DNA of 64,000 nucleotides from Ascidiella aspersa (Eukaryota): NCBI GenBank assembly GCA_963924565.1, contig OZ004607.1, positions 7,130,001 to 7,194,000 of the forward strand, read 5' to 3'. Shown piece by piece: positions 13,025 to 25,862 of this stretch (position 1 is its first letter; each line of letters starts with the position of its first letter). The notes under the pieces were generated by a model. It saw only the letters and a program-made list of their open reading frames with translations, ran no database searches and was not told where the DNA came from. The position numbers and the translations under genes were made by a program.

Positions 13025-14237
13025 GACTAGAGGGTAACATTTGAAGTAAAGTGAGGAACCAATTTAGGAGTAAATTGCTTAGACGGAGAACTTGTCTTGG
13101 ATGCGGGTAAACGGCCACCCGACCCAGTCACATTCTTTTATGTAAAAATATTAGCAAAAATACTCAAATTATCAGAGGTCCGCATTCAAGGTTAAAAAAC
13201 TACCCTTTAAATTTACAGATTTTTCTTTACATTAATTGAAAGGCACAAGTACCGTCGGCAACCTAGTTTGTGAATTAGAACCTGGCAAGCACGCCTCAGG
13301 TAAACCAGGTTAGGTAGGCCTAAATATATAGCTTGTTTTTCGCTTAAATTTCAGCGTCATAAACAAAAAAACGCGATTGGGTCCGACAACGAAATAACCC
13401 GCTGGTTATACTATGCCCAATGTATTGCTCAGATGTAGATTTCACCTCAGTCATTCCTTTGACTTCGTACAAATGTGGCCAGGCTATACGTGGGTGTGGG
13501 TGTTACTGTTTGGGAATATGAGGCCGAGTAATAGTACTGTAAGCGTTATAATAAATCTGTATGACATCGACAGCTCAATAACTTCTGCTAACATTGGTCA
13601 ACTGAATAGCGTGTGTGTTGTATACAATATACGCACTACGCAGGCAATTTGTGTGACGGTACGATTGCTCACATTAAGGAAGGTAGCGTAGTAACATGAT
13701 ACATGATGTTTTTAGTCACTACTATAGTCATGAGGTTGATGGCTGAAGTTAATCAAACAGCATAGCAACGTATATCAGAAATATTTTGGAACTGAAAATT
13801 TATTTAAGATTTTAAATCCATGTGGGCTTTTCAAGCAAAATATTTCTCTCCATGTGTGTAAACTGTGGCTCTTTGCGGTTAACCAAGTAAAAAAATGTGG
13901 TGCTTTGTATCTGACAGGTTGGCCACCCCTAAACTATACGAAGCGCAGCTAACGTTAAGCGGAACCTGGTTAAAATGAAGTTTAGTCTTTAGAGAGCAGT
14001 ATTTTATTGCAGCTGATATTTTGTATTTGGAATATTTTTTAGACTGGTGTATGAATGGGTTGCTTTACGCTTCAGGCAGTCTGGGTTTTTGTTCTCAGCA
14101 TATTATTTTTAATGGAAAACTTTGATTAGGGAAGATTATTCGCATGTTGGTTAACAAAGCAGCTACATACTAATAGGCTTAGTCAAGTCCAAACCCAATC
14201 TATCTCTTAACCTCATAGTACAAGATTATTACAGTAA

Positions 14238-14243
14238 TATAAA
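14238..14243 (+). promoter_or_regulatory. Candidate TATA box of the orphan gene
   Basis: TATAAA ~190 bp upstream of the ATG, followed by a possible 5'-UTR intron donor (AAG|GTAGG, ~14310). Conserved in the two truncated copies (7685, 11044). Confidence 0.4.
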
Positions 14244-14426
14244 GTGTGAGGCAGTTTATTGACTTAGCCAGACAACAAATCAAAATCAAAATCACCTATT
14301 TTGAGTAAAGGTAGGCTATGTATAATAAATTTAAATAATTTTTGCCTAATTGCAAAAGGTATAGTCATATTAGGCAATTTATTATACGGAACGTGCTTTT
14401 GATCAAACTTTTGAATTAAATGCAAG

Positions 14427-15835
14427 ATGGCAAGAAACTTTCAAGATGCTATAAACTTCGAACTTAAGTTTCGCGAGCAACTTCCTCAAGACACAGTTCC
14501 TTCGAGTAGGAATCCTATACAAATATCCGAGTTAATTTTCGGGGCTCAGAAATATGCCGCTAGCAAGCGGAGCAATACAATTTGCACAAACATCAAAGTG
14601 AAACAGCTTTTCTCATTCAACGAAAGCCACACAGGCAGACATGTCCTCGCCAAAATGATTTCCCTCGTAAACTCTGGGGAGCCTTTTCAGGTGGGAAACT
14701 TCTTTCAGTTTCACCTTCAATTCAAATCAATGCCCGACATCGGACTGCTTGCCAACCCCACAAAACGCCAGCCTGGAAATGGCGTGATAACAGCCTATTC
14801 GGGCGACTGTCAGCCTCGTTCTTGGGATTACTTGATGTCACGTTTGAACAACGAAAGCACAAAAAGATTCACAATTTTTTTCATAGCTTTTATGACCACG
14901 ACCTTAAACCAAAACGGCAACGTCGGCGTCCAAACTCAAGATTTAGCGATTTTCACTGAAATAGCCTTTCTTTTGCTTTTTGAGATCGCTCGCAGAATGG
15001 TGAAAGAATTTGACGTCAAGCCACTGAAAAGCCAATTGGATAGCGTTCCCGTGGCTTCATGCATCGCCTTATGCCTCAGTCCAAACGTGAACGACATACG
15101 CAAGTGCAGAGATGTGTTTGGACATCGAAAGCATCAAAACTACCCTAATCCGAAGATTGGAAAACGAATGGAAGCTGCAGAAGAAATTTATAACAGGTAG
15201 ATGACTAATTTCGGGCAGACTAACCACTATTTGTTAACTAACAAATTTAAACGCATATTTTTTTGTATTGTTCATTGCGCTTTCTAAAGTCAAGTGATAA
15301 CGCTATTTGGGTTCGGCTTAGCATAGTCGCGTTAATAGTTTCACAGGGTTTGTCCTATAGAAACCGACACGACATAAACAGCAAATTGTATGCAAGTGCA
15401 AGTTGATTAACTGAGATTTATTCGCATTTGCTTAAAAAATGCTACCTATTTATGTTTTGGCTTTGGCATCCATTCTATTGCAAGTTGATGTGAAAATAAC
15501 GTTAAAAGTACATTTCATTTTTTTAAGAAAACACATAAAGCTGACTAACTACATACGAATCGTTTATCTTGTGTAAATGGACAATTAAGTTATAAAGTAG
15601 AAGAAACCGGGAAATGTTTCAAATAAACCGTTCTTTTATCTGCAGCTACGAGGATGTATCAGACTATCAAGTGTTGATGAACCAACTTTTTCTCAATGAA
15701 TCTGGCTTTGTTGACCAAAACCCGTATGAAATAAAGGCTGTTAGCATTAACACCGGTGGCAAAACCTGTTACGGCTATTTCGCCAATTGCGCTAACCTAA
15801 CATCCGAATTTGGACAATTAGGCATTTCAAGTTAA
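14427..15835 (+). CDS. Uncharacterised 319-aa protein, two coding exons (14427-15196, 15646-15835)
   Basis: A 770-nt open exon ends at donor AG|GTAGAT. Acceptor ttcttttatctgcag|C restores the frame into the 15614-15835 ORF (SYEDVSDYQVLMNQ...GISS*), 960 nt in total. Good start context caagATGG; AATAAA at 16019. No family recognised with confidence. Confidence 0.75.
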
Positions 15836-17174
15836 TTTTTTTAGTCTATATTTCCTCAAGATCTATTTTCTTGCACATTTTTCTCAAGTATAAGCGCTTA
15901 ATTTTATATAACACAGGCAGGGGAGAAAAATGAATTTTTAATGTACGAACTCGAAAACAGCACTCTGGGTATACAAAAAGCAGAAACCATGAACAATTAT
16001 ACCAAGATTCTTTGTGTTAATAAAATTTTTACACTGCTCTTTTTATTAATTCCTGTTTTTTTTATGAGAGACAACTTTTTACGTTGAATTCTTTTTTTTT
16101 CGTTTTATAGTGTTTATTTTCCCGAAATGTTTTTCTAAAAATTGAGCGCTGATTTATTTTATTAAAGATTTGGACGTTTGTTTTAAATCAGTGTTTCTTA
16201 ACCTACGCGTTGCGATGCTAAAACGGATAAGAAACACTATTCAAAACGTGGGTCAGTTTAATGGGCACATTGTTTCTTTCTAAAACTTCAGGGATTTAAA
16301 ACCACCAGTCCCTTGCATTTTTATCAATTTTTTTGGCTCTTTGCCTCAAAACGGTTTGACACCATAATTGGTCTGCTAAGCGCGATTACATGTTTGATGC
16401 AAGTTACAAACCCAAATGCTGACGAAAAAGGGTTCATTTATAATCAGCATCAAAACCAAAGAAGGTCCGTGTGAAATCCGTTTAAAATTCATCTTTGTAA
16501 ACTTCTATTGGCTTTCCTAACTATTTTTCTTTTTGTGCAATCCTTATACTGCTTGGCCTGTCGACACAAAAAGCCGTGGCTTTTCAAGTCAAACTATTAT
16601 ATCTTGTCAATACAACACCGTTTTTTCTGAGGTGTTTGATAACGCCTGACTGAAGCAAAAACCTTTTTTCCCGTAATGCAATTAATTATACTTTATCATG
16701 TAGAGCGCAAAGCGCCATAGACTTGCCACTTTTTTGTGATCGTTTTTTGCAGAGAATAAACGCCGTGTTTTGAATGGTTTGGCTGCATGTCTTACATTAG
16801 CTGGTTGACCAGTAGACCTAATTAAATTACAATGTTTTAAAGTTGACGAAAAGTTAACCCAGTAAAAAAGCCCATCCTTGTTCAAACTGAAATCAGTCAA
16901 ATCTGTGGTTCCCAACCCAGGGGTCGCAAGAGGTTTTCTGGGGGGTCGCCATGTGCTATTTGATAAACAATAATTTAAAAAAAATATATAAACCAAAAAT
17001 TTAGCAGTGAAAGGAGCAAGCACAATCGCTAGTTTAATTATTATGTAAATTTCATTTGTTTCAGTGAACCAGTCGGGTTTATTACGTCACCATTGCAATT
17101 GAATTCAATAAATTGGCTTTAATATAATAGTTCTAATACAAATAGGAACAAAACGGTGGGGACTTAGGAACCAT

Positions 17175-17596
17175 CAGTGTTGTAATGACAAAAGTCAATG
17201 ACTTGACTTAAGTCACTGTTTTTAAATGACTTGACTTGACTTAATTCTTTCGGACAAATGACTTGACTTGACTTAAGTCTTTTGAACAAATGACTTGGGT
17301 TGAAATAAAGCATTTCTTCAAGTATTTTTTTATTAAAATTGAGCTATTTGTCCAAATTTTTGCACAAAAACAAAATGCTTGCTCTATGTTCCCTTTTCCT
17401 TATTTTTTAGTTCAGTTATTGTTTATAATCATACGAGTTAAAATTCTAATGGGTTTAACGTTTTATTTTTATGACAAGGACATGACTTGAAGTTGACTTG
17501 CTCTAATTATGACTTGACTGGGACTTGACTTGTTATTTATTCGAAAAGACTTGACTAGGACTTAAGTCTTTTTAAAATGACTTGTTTACAACACTG
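17175..17596. mobile_element. MITE with GACTT subterminal repeats
   Basis: TIRs cagtgttgta / tacaacactg; arrays of gacttgactt; related decayed copy at ~61900-62282. Confidence 0.8.
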
Positions 17597-17609
17597 TCAT
17601 CACCTAAGA

Positions 17610-18477
17610 TAGCCACATGTGGCCCGCGACATCACTGTTCGTGGACCTCGAAGCATTGTAAAATTATTGCAATGCGTACCGTTAAGGGTTTAATCAAATA
17701 AATATAATTGACCAACGAACAGTAAGCATACTACAATTGTTTGGTTATGATTACATTTTTCCGGTTATACCATGAAAAACAGTTTCCTATCGCTCACCAA
17801 ATTCGGAACCAGGGGGCGGCAAGAACGCCTAATTTTGTTAAGTGTTAGACCGGTTTGAGAGAAGACACAGTGCGTCCTATATGAAACGTTCTAAAATGCT
17901 GTTTTGCGAACTTATAAGTTATATTTGCTTTTTAAAGGAAAGTTACGATAAAGTATATCGCGCTGCTAGAAGGTATTGCTTTACAGGTTTTCACTGCGAC
18001 ATTAGGCTAAACGCCCTGACCCTTTCCAAGATGCAATTTCAGCCAAATTGACCTGGGTAATAAAACCTTTTTCCGCGAAGCGATAACGTCTTTGTAATTT
18101 AGCGATTGTGTAGTATGATGTAACATCTCTCTTAAAATTTTGGAAAAATACGCGCACGGTTTCCGCGAACATTCTACGCTTATAAAATGCAGTCTTCTAA
18201 ATTAAAAGTTTTGCAAAATAAGCAATTTTTTTGCGCGCACCACTTTTATCAGTCTCATAACACTCGATTTCATTTGCGCACAAGTTCGACGATAGCAGCA
18301 AGTTTCCTTATGTGTCTTTGACGTTGCCTTGCGACGTCGTTTTGAAATATTTCATGTCCCGACCAAACAAAAATCGTTGATCCGCTCGTGGTACGCATGC
18401 AGCCTACTTTATGTGGCCCGCAAAGAATATGCAAGTAATATAGTGGCCTGCGATGCAGTCAACCTTGGACCACCCTG
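17610..18477. mobile_element. hAT-type non-autonomous element with eroded left end
   Basis: Flanked by direct repeat acctaaga (17602-17609, 18478-18485); tggcccgc motifs near both ends; right TIR ttggaccaccctg. Confidence 0.6.
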
Positions 18478-21401
18478 ACCTAAGAGGCTTGTTGGAACAG
18501 GTACAAGTTAAATGATTTTATTTGTCCCATTTCTTTGATATGTGAGACAAACCCTAATTTGTCGATAAGCATTGGAGTAGAACTATTTACAAAGACAAAA
18601 CATCATACCGAGTCGTGTAAAAATCTTAATAGCATATAAATTGGAATAGGTGTAGTAAAAACCAAAGGACCATAAGTGTACATCAACAAAAGTAACATTT
18701 TTATATTTGCATAGAGTGGACCTATGTCGTTTTAGTTTTACTGTTTTTGTCATATTTTTGTTAGAGGCAGTAAAAAACATTCGGTAATCAAGATATAAGA
18801 TACATGATAGATCATGAAATCTTAACGATTATGAAGGGTAATCTTAAAGATTATGAAAAATATATGCCTGCAACAAACCGTATGATTAATGATATTAGGC
18901 TACATGACAACTGACTCACAATGACGTTCACTGCAGGTACACGCAATGTTCACTCTTAAAATACCTTGTGTTTGAACATAGGTGATGTTTTACATCATGT
19001 ACCAATATATATATTATGCTTTTATAGCTCGTGTAGGCTACATGAATCGTTGAGTTCATTAAAGTAGATTGTGCCCTGACAATCAAGGGAAAGGGGCGCT
19101 GGATCGTTATTCTTGATAAATTTTAATCTTTTTAAATGTTTATTGTCCTTCTACGATGTCATTAATACCCCTTTGAGGGGCTGAGATATTTTTGTCTTTG
19201 ACCCTTTTTATGCGATAATTAAAGTGTTCTACAATTTAAAAGTGTTTCTCAAAAGAAACTAAATAAATGCAATATCTTATCATTACAAAAGTTATGCCGA
19301 CCAACACAGGATAATTGCATAATTTCTCGTTTTTCTCTCTATTTTGTATGGCTTAATTATCGTGTGTTTTCACCATCTTTATACGTTACGTTACTTTGTA
19401 ACGTCATGTCTGAAAATATTTATTTCACTTTAACAAAGTTTTCCTTTTGCACCAATCACGGTGGTTCGTCGATTAAATTAGGTTAGTTTACCTCAGTGTC
19501 GCCACCTTGCAGTAGCTGTATTCAACTATAACAGGTCAACTGGCCAAGTGGAGGTATTACCATTAAATTTGTGAGGACTTTTATTATCTCTTCATTCGTC
19601 GGACAGACTGGCCCCTGGTCAACCATAGGTTATCTGTCACACTCCTTTTTTCACAATCTACTTTAATAGAATTATCTTTGAAAAGGATAATCGCATTACA
19701 TGTATTTATGCGTTTCGCGCAAACTTATTTATGTGTTTTTGTGCAGCGCTACAAGTCAATGGGCATCACAACCTGTGCCCGAATGGCCGAATCACTTTGA
19801 TAAAGACATTATTTTGAACGATGCGCAGTTTTGATTGTATGCCGAATAAACCGTCACGTGAATAACGTCATATAAACATAATTCACAGTTCGGTATAAGA
19901 ACAACATAGGAAGAATAACTATAACTGTCGAAACAAGATCAAAATCGGATAAAAATCGAAACCTATCGGAACAAAATCTAAAGAACCTTTTAACTAATCC
20001 CCAACCCCATCCCAAATTTTATTATTAAGTCCGCTAATATTTTTAACCCTAACTGCATTTATAACCTCACCAATTGCTCACCCCAAAAACCCAAATAAGG
20101 ACAAGCATTCTGGTACCAAAACAGCGGCGCCAAAACGTCGATACGATTACAACCGATGCCAGACCGGTAGTCCGCAATTATTCCATAACTTTTCTGTTAT
20201 TTAAGTTATTCAGGTTTTATTCCGGTTAGTTTAGGTGTGTTATCGAATAAAATATTTTATATTGGATAACAATTAGACTGAATTTACTGCGGTTAAATGT
20301 ATTTTATTGAGTCTTGACTTGAATGTGACTTGGACAAGGGTCCATTTCCTATGCTTTTGTGGAAAACTTGGAAGTAGGATATAACTCTGTCGTCAATACC
20401 GGCAAAGATGGCAGACACTGACAAGCTTAGCTTTTCATTTATTGCCCTTCTGTAGGCGTTTTCGTACAATGGAGAAAATGCTACGCCGTATCAACAGTTA
20501 CTAAAAGCGAGGAGCCTTAAGGAGAGAGATGTATTGTTGGATACGTTTCACTGCCTCGCCGAAATGGCCTGGCGTCTTTCTCGTTTCGTCAGTTGAATAA
20601 TGACGCTCGCGAATGAGGGGGAGAGCTTTTTGTTTGGTTAGATAGCGTTGGTCAACTAACGCTCTCTCAATACCGTTGTAACCAAGAGCCGGCATCCTGC
20701 CTATAAGGGGTTGGTACAGGATTTCGAGGACTGTTACTGTCTCAAGAGATTTAAATTTGTTTTTCGCGGTGTTTGTTCAGAAGGTATAGCAACAAGCTGA
20801 TGACTGCTTGCTATAGTTGTGCCGGTCGCATCATTTGAGAATCTGAAAATAACTACTGGCTTTTATGTTCGTTCAGTCAGAAAGTTTTTCATTAATACCA
20901 GGTCAAAATTAAGGCAGAATTTATAGGTTTTGTTTATTGTGGTGCATTATTATTCACACCAGTTGATGTGTAACTTGTTCAAGTCACTTTGACTTAGTTG
21001 ATATAGTTTAGTTGAAAATTTAAATGGTTAAAAAATACAATACTTTTCTTGGTAAGACTTTATACAGCACTTTTTGTTAGCAATGTAATATATACCATTA
21101 TTGTTCTAGTCTAGAATTATGGTTTGAAATAGTTACTGTTCAACATCTAGCTGTCAACAGAGCTAACTTTTGATAGAAATTACAAATACTACATGCAACA
21201 CTTTAATAACTTATTGTTAATTAATGATAGTTAAGGCGTCTAAAACCTATTTCGAAGTGGTAATACTTCAATTCTACCTGTACTATTTGTTTGAAATATT
21301 TCCTTTCAATTGATAAACCAACCAGAACAACAGGGTAATATAATAAGTGAATTGTCCACGCTTCATTGTGTTGTGAAAACAAGACCCCATACATCCCAAC
21401 A

Positions 21402-21614
21402 ATGGCCGACAACGATCCCAAAAGTGTTCAGGACCTTACCGGATTCGTACAACAAGTGCTCACCGATATGCAGGGCAAATTCCAACACATGTCCGACAAT
21501 ATTGTGACTCGGATCGATGATATGGGCAGTCGACTGGACGACTTGGAAAAAAACATTGCCGAGTTGTTGTCACAGGCTGGTGTGGATGAAAACGATCTCA
21601 GTCAAGTTGAATGA
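21402..21614 (+). CDS. HSBP1: Heat shock factor binding protein 1 (70 aa, intronless CDS)
   Basis: [63 protein letters not shown] matches the HSBP1 signature ([40 protein letters not shown]). Start context acaATGG; AATAAA at ~21685 and ~21737. Confidence 0.95.
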   Translation: MADNDPKSVQDLTGFVQQVLTDMQGKFQHMSDNIVTRIDDMGSRLDDLEKNIAELLSQAGVDENDLSQVE

Positions 21615-24600
21615 TGTCAATTTTTTATCGCTTTTAATTCCGTTTTTTTGTACATTAGAGATATTTTCGTCCCACCGCTTTCAAAATAAAGTTTTACAGC
21701 AGTATATATCATGATGTGGAAGATTGCTTTGTGCCAAATAAATGTTCATTTTTGTATATTGTCTTCAAATATTTTATGTCAAAGCACCAAATATTGTAAT
21801 GAACATCAGATTGGTGCTGTATTATTTTGTGTTGCATTTTGTCTGTCTCCAAATTGAATTGCATACATTTTATTATTTTGACCTTATAATGATTTAGGTA
21901 TTAGTAATTACTTAGTTACTTCTTGATACCACTGGCTGTTAAATATTTTGTAGGTAGATACATTTTCAGTGTAAACAGTTAATAATGTGTCAGAGGGAAA
22001 AATGAATGGTACCTGATTTTTTGTATTATTTTTTCACACTGTAAATTGAAGAATACAAAGTCAAATTCTTTCATTATTTGTTTTGTAAAGAGTAAACTTT
22101 TGTGTCCCTCTAAAATGTATGAGTGGAGAAAAAACTATTGCAATTGCTGATGCTTCATATGTCACATTGCACAGTCTTGTCAGATCGCACACAAATATAC
22201 TGTTTTTTTAGCAATTTTACATTGGAGTGTTTAAAACTCTGTTTAAAAGTACAATTAATTTACTGTTGTTCTTAAAATTTAAGTATATATACCCTTTTAA
22301 ATTGGTGGTAAAAACAAAAGCTTGTTCTTTAAAAAATTCTAGGATACAACTTGGGTAAAATCCTATTCGTTTTCTGTACTTTGGTAAATTCTTAACATGA
22401 AATTGTAGCAGATGTCAGCCCTGTAAATACAAGAAGTGCTATCGTTTTCTAAATTGCCAGCCTACCTCTTCATTTACAATGGAGTGGGTGCTGGATTAGA
22501 ACAATATCCTATTGTAAACGAAATCATATCAATTTGATTAAAGGACACTATGGAAGAAGAGCAAATGTTTTGGCTCACAAATGCTGTTAATGGCAAAACA
22601 ATAACCAAGCTGTCCAAGGTGACACCTTTTTGTGAAGAAAGTAACATATAGGTTACAAAAATGTATGCTGGGACGTACGACCCGCCATATATTTTTTGAT
22701 GGGTTAGTGCTCTTAAAAAATATCTTTCCTGTAACCTAACTCGCAAAGTAACTGTGTAGTGTTAAATATTGTTTATGAAGAAAACCTGCGCCATTAAGAC
22801 TTTTATCAGTTGCTTTATAACGCAGAATATGGATGCTTTGTAACAGACATAATCACGGTGATTTCGCGTTAATCGCTTCCAATCGGAATTTAGCCTTCGG
22901 GCGTTGAGAACAAATTGAGTGTTACGCTGATGCCATGATCTAGTTGCAAATCTGCAACTACCGTGTGTTTACAGGACGACTAGCCCTAGGGCCACAAAAC
23001 TCTTAAAAATTTTAAGAAAGCTTTACTCTTCAAATAGACGGTGCTCTTTAGAGCCTCAATAACCCTAATTAGATTCCTTACAAACAAAGTTTAGGAAGAA
23101 AAGGCTGCGTTCGATATTGAGTTTAAACACTCAATATTTAAAAACGTCGGTTAGGCAACAGAAAACTATTAAACCCTTGTGGGTTGCAGGGTATTAAAAA
23201 TAAGGGAGGAAAACATTGTATACTGCAATTGTTTAAGTTTTTAAACATACCTTAGAAAAACATGGGTTCTTGTTAACTTAATAGACTCATTCCTTTTTCT
23301 AATTTATTTTGCAGTAACAAAAGTAATAACATCTTTCTAATCTAGCCTAACGAGATTAAACGGAAAATGCCAAATATAGCAGGTGGAGACATTCAAAATG
23401 ATTGGAGGACCACAAAAAAGCATCATTTTTGAACTGTCAAATAAAATATAACAGATGGTTTATTATTCCTGTTTTTTTATGGATATTGTGTCCTAAACTT
23501 TTCGTATAGTTCCTCAACAGATATACATTTTTTATCATTTACAACTAATCATTGAGCTATAACTATGTTTTAGCATAAAAAAAGACATTTTACAGTCATT
23601 TGACATGTTTCAATATAACTTTCAGTTGTTTTAAATATTTATGCGATCACTAAAGCCAAACCAAGTAAAACTTCAGACTCGCACGTAAAATTGAATGGTA
23701 TTTTAATAACAAGCGTATTACCGTTCGCAAACGTAAGGTTAATCAGGTGAGATAGGGTTGCCGAGAACAACACAAGAGACATACAAGTAACAGCGTCTCC
23801 TATACGGGGGGAGACAGCAACGAATAAAACAAAAACGATATGTAATGCGAAGTCCACAGATTTTTGTCGAAAAACATTATGAAAACGTAATAATCAACCT
23901 GGTGTAACCAAGACGTGGGGCATTGTAAAGTGTGAAATTTGTATACGATTAGGTTAAACTTAAAATCGATTTAAAAAACAAGTAGTTTTTTTCACTTGTT
24001 ATTTTGTTTAAATAGAGCAACTGTCTTGCGAAATCCTAAGGTTATTTTGCGCAAAATGAGACTCCAAATTAGTAGGTATAGGTTCCGAGATAAACCCGTA
24101 ATTTTAAATCAAATGTTACACTTTATTGAATCGATGGAATGCACAGAGTAAAAGGCGATTTGCCGCGTAATTTTAAACACGCCTGGCGAAAAAATTAACC
24201 TCTGTAAGTGTTAATAAACAAAGATATAAGGAACCAAATTTTATACGGATTCTCAAACCGTATCTGGTCCGACTGTGTAATGATCATAACGGGCACTGCT
24301 CACCTACCTATAAAATCTACTTTTCAAAATATGTACAGGCGTGGTCGTACACTTCTACCCCGGGATTAAGCTGTAAGTTACCGGTGCTATGTGGATCATA
24401 CGAGTGTCTTGTCGGCGAAACTAAACCCCAAAATATGTAAATCACCAAAAAAAAAAAAACGGCACAACAGAAAGACGGCCGTTTCTGTTGCTGTTAGTAG
24501 ACTAACTATATGTACAAGTGTCAGGTTATTGCTGAATAATGAGAGAAAAGAAAACGACAGGAATAGGTGCGGGTTTACAATTAAGCGCGTCACGCTAGCT

Positions 24601-25862
24601 ATACACAACGAGAAAGAGGCGAGAAAATATAAGGAGGAAAATGTCGTGTCGTAAAAATACCGTCCAAATTTCCAATTGAATAGCGGCATTGCAAACCGGA
24701 AAGAAGTCCCTTTTAAAATACATTTTAATTTCGGCGAAATGTTATTTCGCAACACCACCACTATCAATTCAACGCAAAGAGCTATCGAATCGCAACTAAA
24801 TGACCTCAATTTCTTTCAAGTATCGCCACATTATTGTATTTGAAAAGCATATATGACCTTAGTTACAAATACCCTTACAAAAGTCACTGAGAATGCCAAT
24901 AAATCGATTCGGACAATTGTAAGAAAGGAAAACTTGGGCAATATTTATGTTTTAAAAGATTGACATTAAATCACCAGCGACGCTGATTTTACAAGGTACG
25001 AAACAAGCCTAGTATTGTGTTAATTTAAGATATTCTGATTGCTTTCCGGGCCGGGCGTGCTTATAAAATACACCACTAAATGCAGTACGTGTCTTGGATT
25101 ACTACTCGACGAAGCTGCAGTTCACCAAAGCTACTAAACGGCAAAATACTAACACGCCAATTACCGACAACAAAATCAGCAACCGTTTGTCTTTCGAAAC
25201 GAGATCGAACAGTTTTAATCCAGCAAAAAAGCCACTCGACAAACACCCACTTTCAATGAGTGACGACATGAACACTTTGATATACCTCGGTCGTCACCGT
25301 GCGTCAATATGACGTAATACTGTTGCACTACTTGTCCTTAAGAAAACTTTGAAAGGAACGCAATTAAGGGAAAAGAGAATAAACGATATGTTGCGAGGAA
25401 GCGTATAGAGTGAAGGCAGCCTGCTAAACAAAAGTAAGCGAAGGTTCAATTCGGTGTTTCCTGAAACCACGGGCGTGGATCTCAACCTGTTTTCCGATTA
25501 ATAGGCCCGAAAATAAACGTCAAAATCGCCACAGGCTCTCTTTTTCAAAGAAAACCAAAAAAAAAACCTTGAAACTTTGAATCGATTTTCTGCCGCTGCT
25601 GGTTAAGTAAACGCAAACCGCTTTAAAAGACCATGAACCTGCAGGTGTTTTTAAAAAACTACATTCTTGTATTCGGCATTCAGCCCGTTTGTTGTTTTAC
25701 GATACAAACATGGCGCGCCTTAGGTTTAGTGTCCCTGGCGAAAAAAACGTGAATTAAAGACGAAAAGAGGCGGGGCGCCGATTCGCGTTGGAGGCCTGGG
25801 GGCCTTGGGAATGGGGCACCAATAGGGGTGAGTACAAGTTAGGGGGGGCCATGGGTCCGGGA

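Larger units (their letters stand above)
6965..14566 (+). repeat. Tandem segmental duplication, ~3.35-kb unit (copies start at 6965, 10339 and 13665; third copy partial)
   Basis: Near-identical sequence and duplicated ORF pairs (7513/10872, 8076/11435, 8372/11731, 8894/12304, 10003/13413). The third copy matches at 13665-13845 and 14236-14566, then continues into the intact ORF. Confidence 0.95.

Noticed and set aside
20044-20055. TAACCCTAACTG as a telomerase RNA template
   Set aside because: No recognisable pseudoknot or CR4/5 adjacent, and such hexamers are common in local MITE interiors.
20501-20695. Minus-strand ORF with LIRERH...PGHFG resembling an integrase H2C2 zinc finger
   Set aside because: The CxxC is too distant and beyond stop codons, and there is no RT, RNase H, DDE core or LTR nearby; likely chance.
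24391-25485. Short ORFs between HSBP1 and the NEDD4 stop codon
   Set aside because: No recognisable domains or splice structure; more plausibly NEDD4 3' UTR (minus-strand AATAAA near 24122 and 23459).
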